Source: the human T2T-CHM13v2.0 reference genome, Homo sapiens. From it: a DNA stretch of 64,000 nt. Each line of letters starts with the position of its first letter. Positions within the stretch are counted from its first letter, which is position 1. Below the pieces are notes generated by a model. That model saw only the letters and a program-made list of their open reading frames with translations. It ran no database searches and had not been told where the DNA came from. A program made the position numbers and the translations under genes. The stretch is taken from positions 22,976,001 through 23,040,000 of the forward strand of contig CP086569.2 of the NCBI GenBank assembly GCA_009914755.4. The letters run 5' to 3'. Shown piece by piece: positions 27,476 to 38,975 of the stretch.

Positions 27476-28082
27476 ATCCCAACCACTCTAGATTATTCCT
27501 ATCTGTAAGAACATATTACTAAACCATTACTTACAACATCCACTGTCAAAATATTCAAGAAAAAATTAACGTGGGAACCTCACAAGACAAAACACTTACT
27601 TTCCACTATTTAAACTACGAACATTTAAATTCATTATGCTACGCGCCTGAGAAACTTAGCTGGTTCACTTCTGATTTAGGTGAAAAAAAAAAGTTTTCAT
27701 TACCGTTATCCTCTTCAGTCACAGAATGCTTCACATAGAATGTTCCGGATGTCTTAAACTTTAGTATCAATACATCTAATGATTTCCTTTGACCTGTACT
27801 ATTCCTCTAAAAAATAAACGTTTTATGGTGAGGCAGACGGTTTTGTAGTCTTTCTGAAGACTTCTCCAACATTTTAACCTTGTTAGTTTTTAAAGAGAAA
27901 CAGCCTAATTAGAAAACTTGAGCAGCTTGCAAGGGCGACATAACACATCCCTAATTTTGTACCTATGTTCAAACAAACAAAGGAAAATGTACAACAGACT
28001 ACACAATTTACTCTCCTATTGAATTTGCTTTAAGCATGCGCGGCTAACAATAACACCAGGCATCTTGCAGTACATGTAAAAT

Positions 28083-28088
28083 TTTATT
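28083..28088 (-). terminator. RBMY1: Putative RBMY1 polyadenylation signal (AATAAA on the minus strand)
   Basis: 'tttatt' on the plus strand lies ~255 nt downstream of the stop codon in the 3'UTR. No experimental support is visible. Confidence 0.45.
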
Positions 28089-28342
28089 GTGAAAATTTTA
28101 AGGTAGATATTACATCTAAACACTTTTCAAATAGCATCAACAAGTATGAAATTACTTTGAAAACAATTCCTTTTCCTTTGAATACCTCAAAAAATTCATG
28201 GAGGAAGTTAGTATCTACCTCTCTCCACAAAACCAACATGTTTCTTTCAGTAATATGCAGGTAACAATGCAGAAATAACATTTCAATTTTTGATTTGCAA
28301 ACAAGGATTGGTATGCAATAACTATTATTTTCAATGCTTGCT

Positions 28343-28641
28343 TTAATATCTGCTCGAGTCTCCTTTTTCAGATCGACTCTCCCCACCATCTACTATAGAT
28401 GCCACATAACTTGAGCTACCATATGCTTCACGAGGATCAGGGAGCACCCTACCCAGAGAAGGCGGATTCCTTTGGTCTTTTCTGCAAACATGCTCACGAT
28501 CACAATAATGAAAATCACCACAGCTCGAGTAACTCTCCCAACTTCTGCCATATCTATCTCGTGTATTACTATATGCGTGGCAGGTGCTTCCACCATAAGA
28601 CATCCGAGGCCCTCTTGCAGGTGGTGCACCATGAGAGGTCC
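28343..28641 (-). CDS. RBMY1: RBMY1 exon 12, last coding exon ([17 protein letters not shown]...EKGDSSRY*). Stop codon TAA at 28343-28345
   Basis: The minus-strand ORF 28343..28699 matches the recalled RBMY1 C-terminus. The splice acceptor is 'ccctgcag|GGACC'. Confidence 0.9.
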
Positions 28642-29052
28642 CTGCAGGGTTGGTAAAATAATATGTGGGACTACATTTAAACATTTTTACTGCTATCATT
28701 AAAGCATGAATTAGTTAAAGTACTATTTGGAAATATCTGCTTTCCTCCGCCTTTGTTGACAGGATATTAATCAAGTCTTTAATAGTCAGAAGGTTTTATT
28801 TAAGAGAAGTGTAAGAGTAGTATTTTGCAGCTTAACAAACTTAATTCTAAAGTAAATGCTCAGTCACATTTTCTTAACGTTAACTGAAGTTCTCACCTTC
28901 ATATCATTCCCTAGGCTTTATACTGTTAAGAATACTCAATATTTAAACATGTTGCATATGACCTTTACAATTTTCCTTAGAATTTCATTAAAATAACAAT
29001 CTGGTCTATTAAATAAAATTCTGTAATTTACAAATCCATCCTGGACCCTTAC

Positions 29053-29141
29053 CGTATCTCTGAAGTGCATCTCTATAAGAACTTCCACTTAGATGTTCAG
29101 AATGATCTCTACCAAGGGCCTCACCGTAGCCATCATGATAA
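29053..29141 (-). CDS. RBMY1: RBMY1 exon 11 (S)[29 protein letters not shown](G). It is 89 nt long
   Basis: Splice acceptor 'caatttag|TTATCATG' and donor 'AGATACG|gtaagg'. The translation matches the RBMY1 protein and the reading phase is consistent with the neighbouring exons. Confidence 0.88.
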
Positions 29142-29227
29142 CTAAATTGAAAAAAAAAAAGTCTTTTCAATTTCAGAATGAACAATTTAAGAAATCCATT
29201 TGATAAATCCAGATAACATGTTAGTAC

Positions 29228-29338
29228 CTATATCCTCTAGAGGAATGTTCATCCCAACTAGAATGACCATAATCACGGTATGCATAGTCTCTATGTGGTG
29301 GAGCATAATCCCTGGTTTCTCGGGAACTTGGATGATTT
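29228..29338 (-). CDS. RBMY1: RBMY1 exon 10 = SRGY box 4 ([36 protein letters not shown]), 111 nt
   Basis: Splice acceptor 'gcacgcag|AAATCATCC' and donor 'GGATATAG|gtactaac'. The exon is phase-2 symmetric. Confidence 0.9.
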
Positions 29339-29717
29339 CTGCGTGCACGAGTTGAAGCAAGGAATTTTAAATTGTCACCTTCTAGTATCCAAAACATAAC
29401 TACATTACAACTTAAACACAATTAAATTGCCAAACATCTAAATAAAATGCCCACAGAGCCCAAATGCCCAAAATGCCCAAATGCCCAAAAAGCACATGAA
29501 ACAGATACTCATAATCAGTGATTCAGGAAATGCATTTCAAATAAAAAAGGAGCTTCCACACTTCACACACACACACACTGGAAGGGCAAAAAACTTACAA
29601 AAGCAGGAAATAACAAGTGTTTGAGAGGATGTAGATAAATTGCAGCCCTGATACAATGTTAGTTGGAATGAACAATTTAAGAAATCTATTTGATAAATCC
29701 AGAAAAAGTTACAGTAT

Positions 29718-29828
29718 CTATATCCTCTAGAGGAATGTTCATCCTGCCTAGAATGACCATAGTCTCAGTATGCCTAGCCTCTAGATGGTGGAGCATAATC
29801 CCTAGTTTCTCGGGAACTTGGATGATTT
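29718..29828 (-). pseudogene. RBMY1: Degenerate SRGY-box pseudo-exon. It has the same 111-nt footprint between box-3 and box-4 exons, but both splice sites are lost and it carries two in-frame stops
   Basis: Gene-orientation sequence: 'cacacac|AAATCATCCAAGTTCCCGAGAAACTAGGGATTATGCTCCACCATCTAGAGGCTAGGCATACTGAGACTATGG...GGATATAG|atactg'. The acceptor AG is now AC and the donor GT is now AT. In the box reading frame it has TAG and TGA stops. Confidence 0.8.
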
Positions 29829-30261
29829 GTGTGTGCATAAGTTTAAGCAACAAATTTTAAATTTTCATCTTCTAGTATCGAATACATGACTAACTTACAA
29901 CTTTAAATTAAAAGGCCAAACATCTAAATAGGTATTTCTCCAAATAAAATAGGCAAATGCCCAAAAAGGACAAGTGACAGATACTCATATTCAGTGATTC
30001 AGAAAATGCATTTCTTTTTGTTTTATTATACTTTAAGTTCTAGCATACATGTGCATGATGAGTTAATGGGTGCAGAAAATGCATTTCAAATCCAAAATGA
30101 GATATCATATTTCACACACACAGATGAATGGCAATAGATTTTCAAAAGCAGGAAATAACAAGTGTTTGAGAGGATGTAGATAAATTGGAGCCCTGATACA
30201 ATGTTAGTTGGAATGAACAATTTAAGAAATCTATTTGACAAATCCAGAAAAATTACAGTAC

Positions 30262-30372
30262 CTATATCCTCTAGAATAACTTTCATGTCGACGAGAATGA
30301 CCATAATCACGGTATCCATGGCCTCTAGATGGTGGAGCATACTCCCTAGTTTCTCGGGAACTTCGATGATTT
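30262..30372 (-). CDS. RBMY1: RBMY1 exon 9 = SRGY box 3 ([36 protein letters not shown]), 111 nt
   Basis: Splice acceptor 'tatgcatacag|AAATCATCG' and donor 'GGATATAG|gtactgtaatt'. Confidence 0.9.
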
Positions 30373-30806
30373 CTGTATGCATAAGTTTAAGCAACAAATT
30401 TTAAATTTTCAACTTGTAGTATCCGATATATGACTAACTTACAACTTAAACAAAATTAAAAGGCCAAACATCTAAATAGATATTTCTCCAAATAAAATGG
30501 GCAAACGCCCAAAAAGCACATGGGACAGATACTCATATTCAGTGATTCAGAAAATGCATTTCTTTTTTTTATTATACTTTAAGTTCTAGGGTCCATGTGC
30601 ATGATGAGTTAATGGGTGCAGAAAATGCATTTCAAATCCAAAATGGGATATCATATTTCACACACAGATGAATGGCAATAAATTTTCAAAAGCAGGAAAT
30701 AACAAGTGTTGGAGAGGATGTAGATAAATTGGAGCCCTGATACAATGTTAGTTGGAATGAACAATTTAAGAAATCTATTTGACAAATCCACAAAAAGTTA
30801 CAGTAC

Positions 30807-30917
30807 CTGTATCCTCTAGAATAACTTTCATCCCGACGAGAATGACCATAATCACGGTATGCATGGCCTCTAGATGGTGGAGCATAATCCCTAGTTTCTC
30901 GGGAACTTCGATGATTT
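30807..30917 (-). CDS. RBMY1: RBMY1 exon 8 = SRGY box 2 ([36 protein letters not shown]), 111 nt
   Basis: Splice acceptor 'catacag|AAATCATCG' and donor 'GGATACAG|gtactg'. Confidence 0.9.
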
Positions 30918-31357
30918 CTGTATGCATAAGTTTAAGCAACAAATTTTAAATTTTCAACTTCTAGTATCCGATATATGACTAACTTACAACTTAAACAAAA
31001 TTAAAAGGCCAAACATCTCAATGGATATTTCTCCAAATAAAATGGGCAAATGCCCAAGATGCACATGGGACAGATACTCATATTCAGTGATTCAGAAGAC
31101 GCATTTCTTTTTTTTTTATTATACTTTAAGTTCTAGGGTCCATGTGCATGATGAGTTAATGGGTGCAGAAAATGCATTTCAAATCCAAAATGAGATATCA
31201 TATTTCATACGCACACACTGGAAGGGCAATAAATTTTCAAAAGCAGGAAATAACAAGTGTTTGAGAGGATGTAGATAAATTGGAGCCCTGACAGAACGTT
31301 AGTTGGAATGAGCAATTTAAGAAATCTATTTCACAAATCCAGAAAAAGTTACAGTAC

Positions 31358-31468
31358 CTATATCCTCTAGAGGAATGTTCATCCCGATTAGAATGACCAT
31401 TATCACGGTATGCATAGCCTCTAGATGGTGGAGCATAATCCCTCGTTTCTTGGCAACTTGGATGATTT
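31358..31468 (-). CDS. RBMY1: RBMY1 exon 7 = SRGY box 1 ([36 protein letters not shown]), 111 nt
   Basis: Splice acceptor 'gcacacag|AAATCATCC' and donor 'GGATATAG|gtactgtaac'. Confidence 0.9.
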
Positions 31469-31804
31469 CTGTGTGCATAAGTTTAAGCAACAAATTTTAA
31501 ATTTTCAACTTCTAGTATCCAATACATGACTAACTTACAACTTAAACAAAATTAAAAGGCCAAACATCTAAACAGATATTTCTCCAAATAAAATCGGCAA
31601 ATGCCCAAAAAGCACACGGGACTGATACTCATATTCAGCGATTCAGAAAATGCATTTCTTTTTGTTTCATTATACTTTAAGTTCTAGGATACATGTGCAT
31701 GATGAGTTAATGGGTGCAGAAAATGCATTTCAAGTCCAAAATGGGATATCATATTTCAAACACACATTTGAATGGCAATAAATTTCAAACAGCAGGAAAT
31801 AACA

Positions 31805-32395
31805 AGTGTTTGAGAGGATGTAGATAAATTGGAATGCTGATACAATGCTAGGTTGGAACGGGAAATGATGCAGCTACTATGGAGAAATGTGGTGGTTCCT
31901 CAAGAAAACAAACATCATTATCATAGGACCATGCAATTCCACTCATATACACCCAGAACCGAATAAGCATACTCAAACGAATATTGGTGCGTAGAAATAC
32001 TCGGGTGGAAACAATGCAGATAAAATAATGGGTTAATAGCTTGTGGAAGGAGTGAAGTGCTATGATGTAAATGAACCTTCAGGACATCATGCAAAAGGAG
32101 AGGAGACAAATACAAAAAGTCATGTAGTGTTTGAGCACATTAACGTTAAATACCCACAACAGGTAAGTTCAGAGGCAGAACACTGACTGGTGTTATCTAG
32201 CAGCTGAGGAAAAGGAGAAAACGGGAGGGACTGCTTAACTGGTAGTAGGAGTTTTAATTTGGAGTGATGAAAATGTTCTGGAACTCGATGGAGGTAGTTG
32301 TTGCATGGCACAGAATGTATCAAACACCACTTAACTGTTCACCTTATAATATTTAATTTTGTTATGTGAATTTCATCACCACAGGAAAAAAAAAT
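31805..32395 (+). mobile_element. Old L1 (L1M/L1PB-like) 3'-end fragment with a poly-A tail at ~32385. It is antisense to RBMY1, in the intron between exons 6 and 7
   Basis: Matches the recalled old-L1 3' consensus ('ggatgtagataaattgg...ctactatggagaaatgtggtggttcctcaagaaaac...gatgaaaatgttctggaactcgatggaggtagttgttgcatggcacagaatgtatcaaacaccacttaactgttcaccttataat...ggaaaaaaaaatc'). Its 5' part is continuous with L1-derived sequence in the SRGY units. Confidence 0.75.
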
Positions 32396-32423
32396 CAACT
32401 GTGCTTTTTAATTTTTCCTTTAC

Positions 32424-32538
32424 CCATCGTTAGTTGCATAACCATCATGTCTTGTTGACATGCGATCATTTCTCCAGGAAGATATTGTCGCTCTGCGTGG
32501 AGGAACTCCATAATTCTCTCTTCTTTGTGACATGGGAC
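32424..32538 (-). CDS. RBMY1: RBMY1 exon 6 (G)[37 protein letters not shown](G), 115 nt
   Basis: Splice acceptor 'aatgttaaag|GTCCCATG' and donor 'AACGATGG|gtaaagg'. The translation matches RBMY1. Confidence 0.88.
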
Positions 32539-33829
32539 CTTTAACATTCAAATGATGGAACATTATGTAAAGAACACCAAATCTGAAACGCTATTTTCTC
32601 TTCTCTCAAACAACTTTTTAAAATTATTTCTTCTATGACTCCATTCTTTGTTTCCTAAATTACTAGACAGACATGACACTGTGAATATTTCTCATGGCTT
32701 TGGATAATCCCATGGCTCCCACAAGGCCAGTTCTTCTAATGAAGCTGAAGGCAAACATTAATGCTTAGGTAAAAGTTCATTTGTAATGGTTAATAACTAC
32801 TTAGTTATTATTTTCCTTTCCATATAAATTACTGATGACTGTGAGTGACACAGGGAAAACACGTAAAACCATCAAACTCTTCACTGATTTTAAAGTTTAC
32901 ATACATTGTCCTTTCTCAGCCAAAGAAGGTAGATTTTCCAATATCATTCAGTCCATCTCACACACACATAAATACAGCTACCTTTAAATGACTATATGCT
33001 AAATGTTTACATAAAAGTTCTTTAGCTGGTTGGCTCTATCTTAAATGTTGACAAATTAAAATGTATTAGTGAAGATTTTCTAATGATGGTCAAGATTTGC
33101 TTTTACTGCAAAGAAAGCAATGCTATGCAAGGGGTCATTACAACATTGTTGCTGTTTCAAAATAGAAAGTTTCTCCTCTAATATATTCTTCACTTGCTAT
33201 TCCTTAGAGGTCAGTGTTTCACATATGATACCTTCACTGGCTAATTTTCCAATGGAAATGTGTTGGCTTGGGTATCCTGAAGCCAATAAATACCTCCCTT
33301 CACCGATACTCTACGTATGAAATGTAAAATTGAAAATGGCAGTTTTTAACTTCCTCCATATGCGGATGGAGGACTAAGAAAGAATTTTAATTTGCTCTGC
33401 TTAAACTTCCTTGCTAAGAACTTTTATTTATTGTCTTATTTTCTTCTGTTCAGTCTGCAGTCTTACAATTCTTCTCAAAAGTATTACTTGCATTCAACCC
33501 TACCGCTCACCTCATGTTGCTTAGTTCTAAATTCTCTCCTCAAATAATTTCAAATCTTACACTAAGGATCTTGTGTTAATGTTTAAACATCCCGGTACAA
33601 TCTCAATTACTGATTTACATACACCTATATTTCACAACTCTGCATTTCTGTGATATCCACTTAATTTAAGAATTTTGGACTCCTACGTGTCTACCTCTCG
33701 AGCCTTAAATTTATTTTTAAATCATATTTAAGCCCAATGACTCCTTGTCTGCTAAATGCTCTTGTAGTTCTTTTGAATCTTCATGCACGCAGTGAGTATG
33801 CCTTGCACATACGCATTACTGAGGTCTCA

Positions 33830-34150
33830 GAAGCTGGATGGCCAGGCTTAGCGGCTCACACTGTGAGTGAGTGTGGAAGGCTGAGGCAGCTGGACCGCTT
33901 GAGCCCCGGGCTTTAACATCAGTTTTGACAATGTAGTCAGATCCTCTCTCTACAAAAACATAGGGAAAAAAATGTAGCTAGGTGTGCTGCTGCATGCCTG
34001 TAGTTGCACAAACTCGGGAGGCTGAAACAGCAGAATTGCTTGAGCCCAGGAATTTGAGGCTATAGTAAGCCGTCATCTCACAAATTTGAGGCTACAGTAA
34101 GCCGTCATCTCACATAGTGCACTCTCACCTAGTAAGAGCAAGACTCCAAC
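33830..34150 (+). mobile_element. Old Alu (AluJ-like), sense relative to the plus strand, in the RBMY1 intron between exons 5 and 6. It has an internal ~30-bp tandem duplication
   Basis: 'ggccaggcttagcggctcacactgtgagtgagtgtggaaggctgaggcagctggaccgcttgagccccgggc...'. The duplicated block is 'gaatttgaggctatagtaagccgtcatctcacaaatttgaggctacagtaagccgtcatctcaca'. Confidence 0.75.
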
Positions 34151-34548
34151 CCAGCAAAGTCACCGAACAAGCAATTTTTAGAATGGGACACCAGGGGACT
34201 TAGGAAATGGAAGAATTAATTAGATCAAGAAGCCTACCATCAAAGAATACTGCTAGGAACTTTTAGAAAAATTAAGGGGAATTTTCTAGCCAACACAGGA
34301 TTAAAAGGAATGTTGGCCTCACTCTAATCACTTCTTTGATCTGCAATGAGAAGCTCAAGTATTTCTTCAACATAAATCTGAAATGTACCTAGTGAGATAG
34401 AAACTATAATAAAAGCTATCAATCAGTAATTATGCTCACGTATGTGTCACTTCTCTTTTGTTCAATGAACTTAAAGCTAAGCATTCAGGTAAAACGGCTC
34501 ATTTTTAGTCATACAAAAACTACGGTCTTTCTGTCAGGCAGCATTTAC

Positions 34549-34701
34549 CTTGGCTTCCCATCCAACTATTGCTTCTTGCCACAGCAGAAGGAGCAGATTT
34601 TTTCGGAGGAGGACCTCCACTTCTTGAAGATGGACCTCTTTTAACTGGAATGAGTCCCCTAGAATAACTCATCTTGAGATCAGGAGTGTATCCACCATCA
34701 T
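34549..34701 (-). CDS. RBMY1: RBMY1 exon 5 ([51 protein letters not shown]), 153 nt
   Basis: Splice acceptor 'gaaatacag|ATGATGGTGG' and donor 'GGAAGCCAAG|gtaaatgc'. Confidence 0.88.
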
Positions 34702-35574
34702 CTGTATTTCAAACAAAATCTTTTTAGTTAACTGACGTCACTGTTTCTTAAATGGCTAAGTTTTAGTTGTTTACAAATATTTTCTACATTTTATAACAAA
34801 TTCACATTTTGTCTAAACTAATAAAATTAGCATTCCTACAAGGTATTAGTACACTTCAAGCATTAAAAGTTCATTTAGAAAATCTAGAAAGAAACTCAAG
34901 TATCATAATATATCGGTATGAAGGAGAGATGTGGGAAAATGGGGAGTGAACGGGGGCAGAAATCTATCACTAAAATATCCAAATATAATATACATAAAAA
35001 TATTAAAAGAAAAATGATAAATGACTGTTTATATCATTCTGTAATGAGGAAAAATTTTCAAAGCACATCATAAAGATAAACTAATTTCCATTCAAAGAAA
35101 CTCAAATATTTCCAATACCAAGAAATCACATATCAGGAAAATACATTGTCTCTAAAATTTGTTAACACAATATAGAATTCTTAAAATTCCCTTATGAGAC
35201 ACTAATTTTCAGATGAGACTATGCTGAATTTTAACAGTCTTTAAGAATTGCATATTCGGTAATATAAACATATTTTTATACATCTACAAAAACGTAGATA
35301 TATGCCAATTGCCAGGTGGTGTTACAGGTTAGAATTTATGTATACATTCTCGTCCGTGGCAGAGTATAATTGAAGCTCACCCTCAAGATCAGTGGAGGCA
35401 AAACAGCCGTGAAGCTACGCATCTTAAAATGGAGCAAACACTGCAATTTCAACTTGAAAACAATCTCCAATTAATTACATGTCTGGTTATTAAAACTCCA
35501 AGCTAATTGTTAGAGTTTTGAAGGTTGGTTAATAGATAATACAAGTTAACCAACAGGTTTATTTATTTATTTAT

Positions 35575-35875
35575 TCAGATGCACTCTTGCCCTATCACGC
35601 AGGCTGGAGTGCCATGGCATAACCTTGGCTCACTGCAGCTTTTGCCTCCCAGGTTCCTGTGATTCTCCTGCCTCAGCCTCCTGAGTAGCTGGGATTACAG
35701 GTGCACGCCACCAGGCCCAGGCAAATTTTTTTGTATCTTTAGGAGAGACAGGGTTTCACCATGTTGGCCAGGCTGGTCTGGAACTCCTGACCTCGTGGTC
35801 CACCTGCCCTGTACTCCCCAGGTGCTGAGGTGACAGGCGTGAGCCACCTCGCACAGCCCATCCAATAGTTTTTTC
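35575..35875 (-). mobile_element. Alu (minus), in the RBMY1 intron between exons 4 and 5
   Basis: 'cactcttgccctatcacgcaggctggagtgccatggcataaccttggctcactgcagc...gagacagggtttcaccatgttggccaggctggtctggaactcctgacctcgtggtccacctgccc'. Confidence 0.85.
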
Positions 35876-36616
35876 TTTTTCCTTTTTTTTAAATATATGG
35901 TTTGTTTTTCTTTTATATGTAAAGATGGACCCCTCATTTCTATTAAGTAAATCACTCATAAATATCATTTTCAGTGACTCAGCCTCCAGCAAAGAAAGAT
36001 TCATACATATCTGTGAAGCAGTGGTTTTTAGATCTTTCCAGAGTCACAGACTCTTTTCAGAAATTAAAGTTCTACATTTCTTAAATTGAAAATGCTTTAC
36101 GGCAGGCCAATGTACAAACTCTCTGTATCAAAATTACAAAGCAATACATTTGCATAGATGTTTCCACATGTAGACACAAGAAAACAAATACTGCAAAATC
36201 AATCTTCAGTATTCAGTTACTTCTTCCTGTTGGAAAATTTTAAATATTACATCGTACTTTGATAATACAACTGACACGAAGTTCTGGGCCCTAAAGTAGA
36301 AAACTCTAAAGTATAATGAATATAAATGAGTTCTGCAGAAAACCGGTTGAGTACAGGCAATCAGCATTCACAAACACAACTCAGTTTCAAATGTGTGTTA
36401 CTTCAGTGCAAACTTATTATAATTGTTAAACAAATTTTAGATATTAGTTCAATCATTCTTATAATACACCTTTATAGTACTTAGAAATAAGTTTGCTTAT
36501 TATCAATAAGCTAATTTTCTCTTCATACAGGAAAGAAAAAAATTAAGAAATTTCAATATCGTCAAACTTATTTTCTTTCAGTCCTATGGTTCCATCTTTA
36601 TATTTTAAAACATTAC

Positions 36617-36794
36617 CCAGGTGCCCTTCATGTGAGGGAAGCCACCCTCTTGTTCCTCCACTGCTTCCTCTTGCAGATCTCAGACTTCCTGAAGGGCTTC
36701 TGTTTCTCGAAGAAGCTGGTGGTCTCCGCCTACCACCACTTTGAAAAGATGGTTTCTTGGCTTGTTCTACTTTTATTGCTTTTCCATGCAAAGA
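36617..36794 (-). CDS. RBMY1: RBMY1 exon 4 ([59 protein letters not shown]), 178 nt
   Basis: The minus-strand ORF 36543..36791 covers it. Splice acceptor 'cttctag|TCTTTGCATGG' and donor 'CACCTGG|gtaatg'. Confidence 0.88.
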
Positions 36795-37875
36795 CTAGAA
36801 GTATTAAGGGTACTATCAATAACACTGGCACATTTAACGTAAGCACATTTTACAAACATTTTTACATCAACTGTAGTTCAATTTGAGGTATTTTCTCCCA
36901 AAAGGAAACTTTTTTTTTCTTCTAAAATGAACACATCTTTCGCAATGCCAAATTTGAGATAGTTACTGAGCACATGCCTTCCATTAAGGGATCAAACACA
37001 AATTCTATTATTCAAATTCCTTGAAAACTTCTCCATCATTAAAAAAAAAAAAAACTCAAACATAAAAAAAAAGTTTGACCCATCACACATTCTGTGGAAG
37101 AATGTGGCACATCTGTTTTTTACAATATATAATCCACTTCATCTTTGTAGTCACATCACTGATTTGAAAGTTGCAGTGTCCCAATGAAACTCGTGTCATT
37201 TAAAAAAAAAATGAGCTTACTTTTTCAGAGTGATTAGGCACATTACTCATTATGAGTTGTTTCTTGTTGGATTTGCTAACACTTCCATAAAATGTCCCCA
37301 TATGATTTACAATTCTATATTGACTCTAAAAATGTTTCTGTAAATGTGATCCTTGTTTGATCTCATTAAGTTTTCTTGCCTTACTCATTTCTTACATTGC
37401 CTTAGACGTGCCCCTAAAAAACGAATCTTAATATAGTACTTCAGGTAATTTCTCAGAAATGCTTAACTATCCTAATTAATTTCATAATAACATTTTTCAC
37501 TGTAATCTTTTCTACAGGCCACAGCAATTTTTGAAAACAGTTCAGCTAATAACGCGATTTAAAAATTACATGGCTTTTGTTATTTGGAGGAAGGACTTAA
37601 ATCCCTGAACAAGACCGCTTGCAGCCACATCGCCCGTTGTTCCTACCTTGAAACTTCTTTTGTTATTTCTGGGCTCAAAATATTTTCCCCAGATTTGCCC
37701 ACGGCTGCTTCCTTCCCAGTGTTCTGAAGTCAGCCAAAATTCCTTAACTGTTAATTCCCCCTGAAAACTCAAAGAACCTCCTTTATTGGCCATCTTAACA
37801 TTAATGTGCATACAACATTCATAGTTATTTTAACACAATAAAATACGTGAGATGAAGTAATTTAGAAATAACGTT

Positions 37876-38179
<304 letters not shown>

Positions 38180-38679
38180 TTACACAAATTATCTGCCCTT
38201 TTGCTTGAAAACTAGAGGGAAAAAAGAAATTATCATAGATTCCTATACAGAAGTCAAAATTATCTCCATACCTACCACAAAGCCATGAACCAAAAGCAAC
38301 TCTCGGTTTCTACCACAGCTTGAAATACTAATTTATAAGGGTGAATAAAAATGTACTTTCTGCTATGTGACAGGAAGTGTGCTAGATGTAACAGAAAGAA
38401 AAGCAACTAGCAAGACTTAAATATGCACTATATACAATTTCACGATCAATAGATTAATACATAGTACAGCAAGTAGAAAATACCTACAATACGCAATGAG
38501 GAAGAAAATTATGAAATCTAAGTGGTTTTTGAAGCATAAATTTTATTTATGAGGCATACACAGGGAAGGATAATTCTCAAGAAGTCTAAAAAAGCACTTT
38601 GGGAATAGCGTGAAGACTAACAGGACCTAAAAACAGATTGGGATAACGTTATTTATTTATTTATTTTATTTATTTTTTG

Positions 38680-38975
38680 TTTTTTTGAGACGGATTCTTG
38701 CTCTGTTGCCAGGCTGGAGTGCATCGGCGTGATCTCGGCTCACTGCAACCTCTGCCTCCTTGGGTTTAACCGATTCCCCTGCCTCAGCCTACTGACTAGC
38801 TGGAACTACAGGCACACACAACCAGATGCAGCTAATTTTTTTTTTTGTATTTTAGTAGCGACAGGGTTTCACCATGTTGGCCATTATGGTTTCTTTCTCC
38901 TGACCTTGTGATCTGCCCGCCTTGGCCACCCAAAGCGCTGGGATTACACGCATGAGCCACCATGCCCGGCATGAT
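38680..38975 (-). mobile_element. Alu (minus), in the RBMY1 intron between exons 3 and 4
   Basis: 'ttgagacggattcttgctctgttgccaggctggagtgcatcggcgtgatctcggctcactgcaacctctgcc...gctgggattacacgcatgagccaccatgcccggc'. Confidence 0.85.

Larger units (their letters stand above)
29150..31860 (-). repeat. RBMY1: Tandem array of ~540-bp genomic units that generated the SRGY-box exons (periods 497, 543, 543 and 551 bp). Each unit combines an exon with L1-derived intron sequence
   Basis: The unit-start motif 'gaatgaacaatttaagaaatc(t/c)atttga(t/c)aaatccag' occurs at ~29171, 29668, 30211, 30754 and 31305. Each unit also carries 'tttattatactttaagttctag...atgatgagttaatgggtgcag' (L1 3' end, antisense) and 'atgcatttcaaatccaaaatgagatatcat...gagaggatgtagataaattggagccc' (L1 ORF2-like). 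Confidence 0.85.

Noticed and set aside
28399-28702. Plus-strand ORFs (85 aa and 76 aa) overlapping the last RBMY1 exon.
   Set aside because: They are antisense to the well-supported RBMY1 C-terminal exon and have low-complexity His/Cys-rich translations. They are an artefact of the opposite strand of a coding region.
30086-31278. ORFs of 103 aa (minus strand, 30086-30397), 67 aa (plus strand, 30201-30404) and 85 aa (plus strand, 31021-31278) in the SRGY region.
   Set aside because: They span SRGY exons in the wrong frame or strand, or lie in the L1-derived intron. The true reading frame there is the RBMY1 SRGY frame.
29150-31860. Regularly spaced ~540-bp repeats. The question was whether they are CRISPR-like or a satellite.
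   Set aside because: This is eukaryotic intronic DNA. The period is 540 bp. Each unit contains a protein-coding exon (SRGY box) plus L1-derived sequence. This is an exon duplication array, not a CRISPR array.
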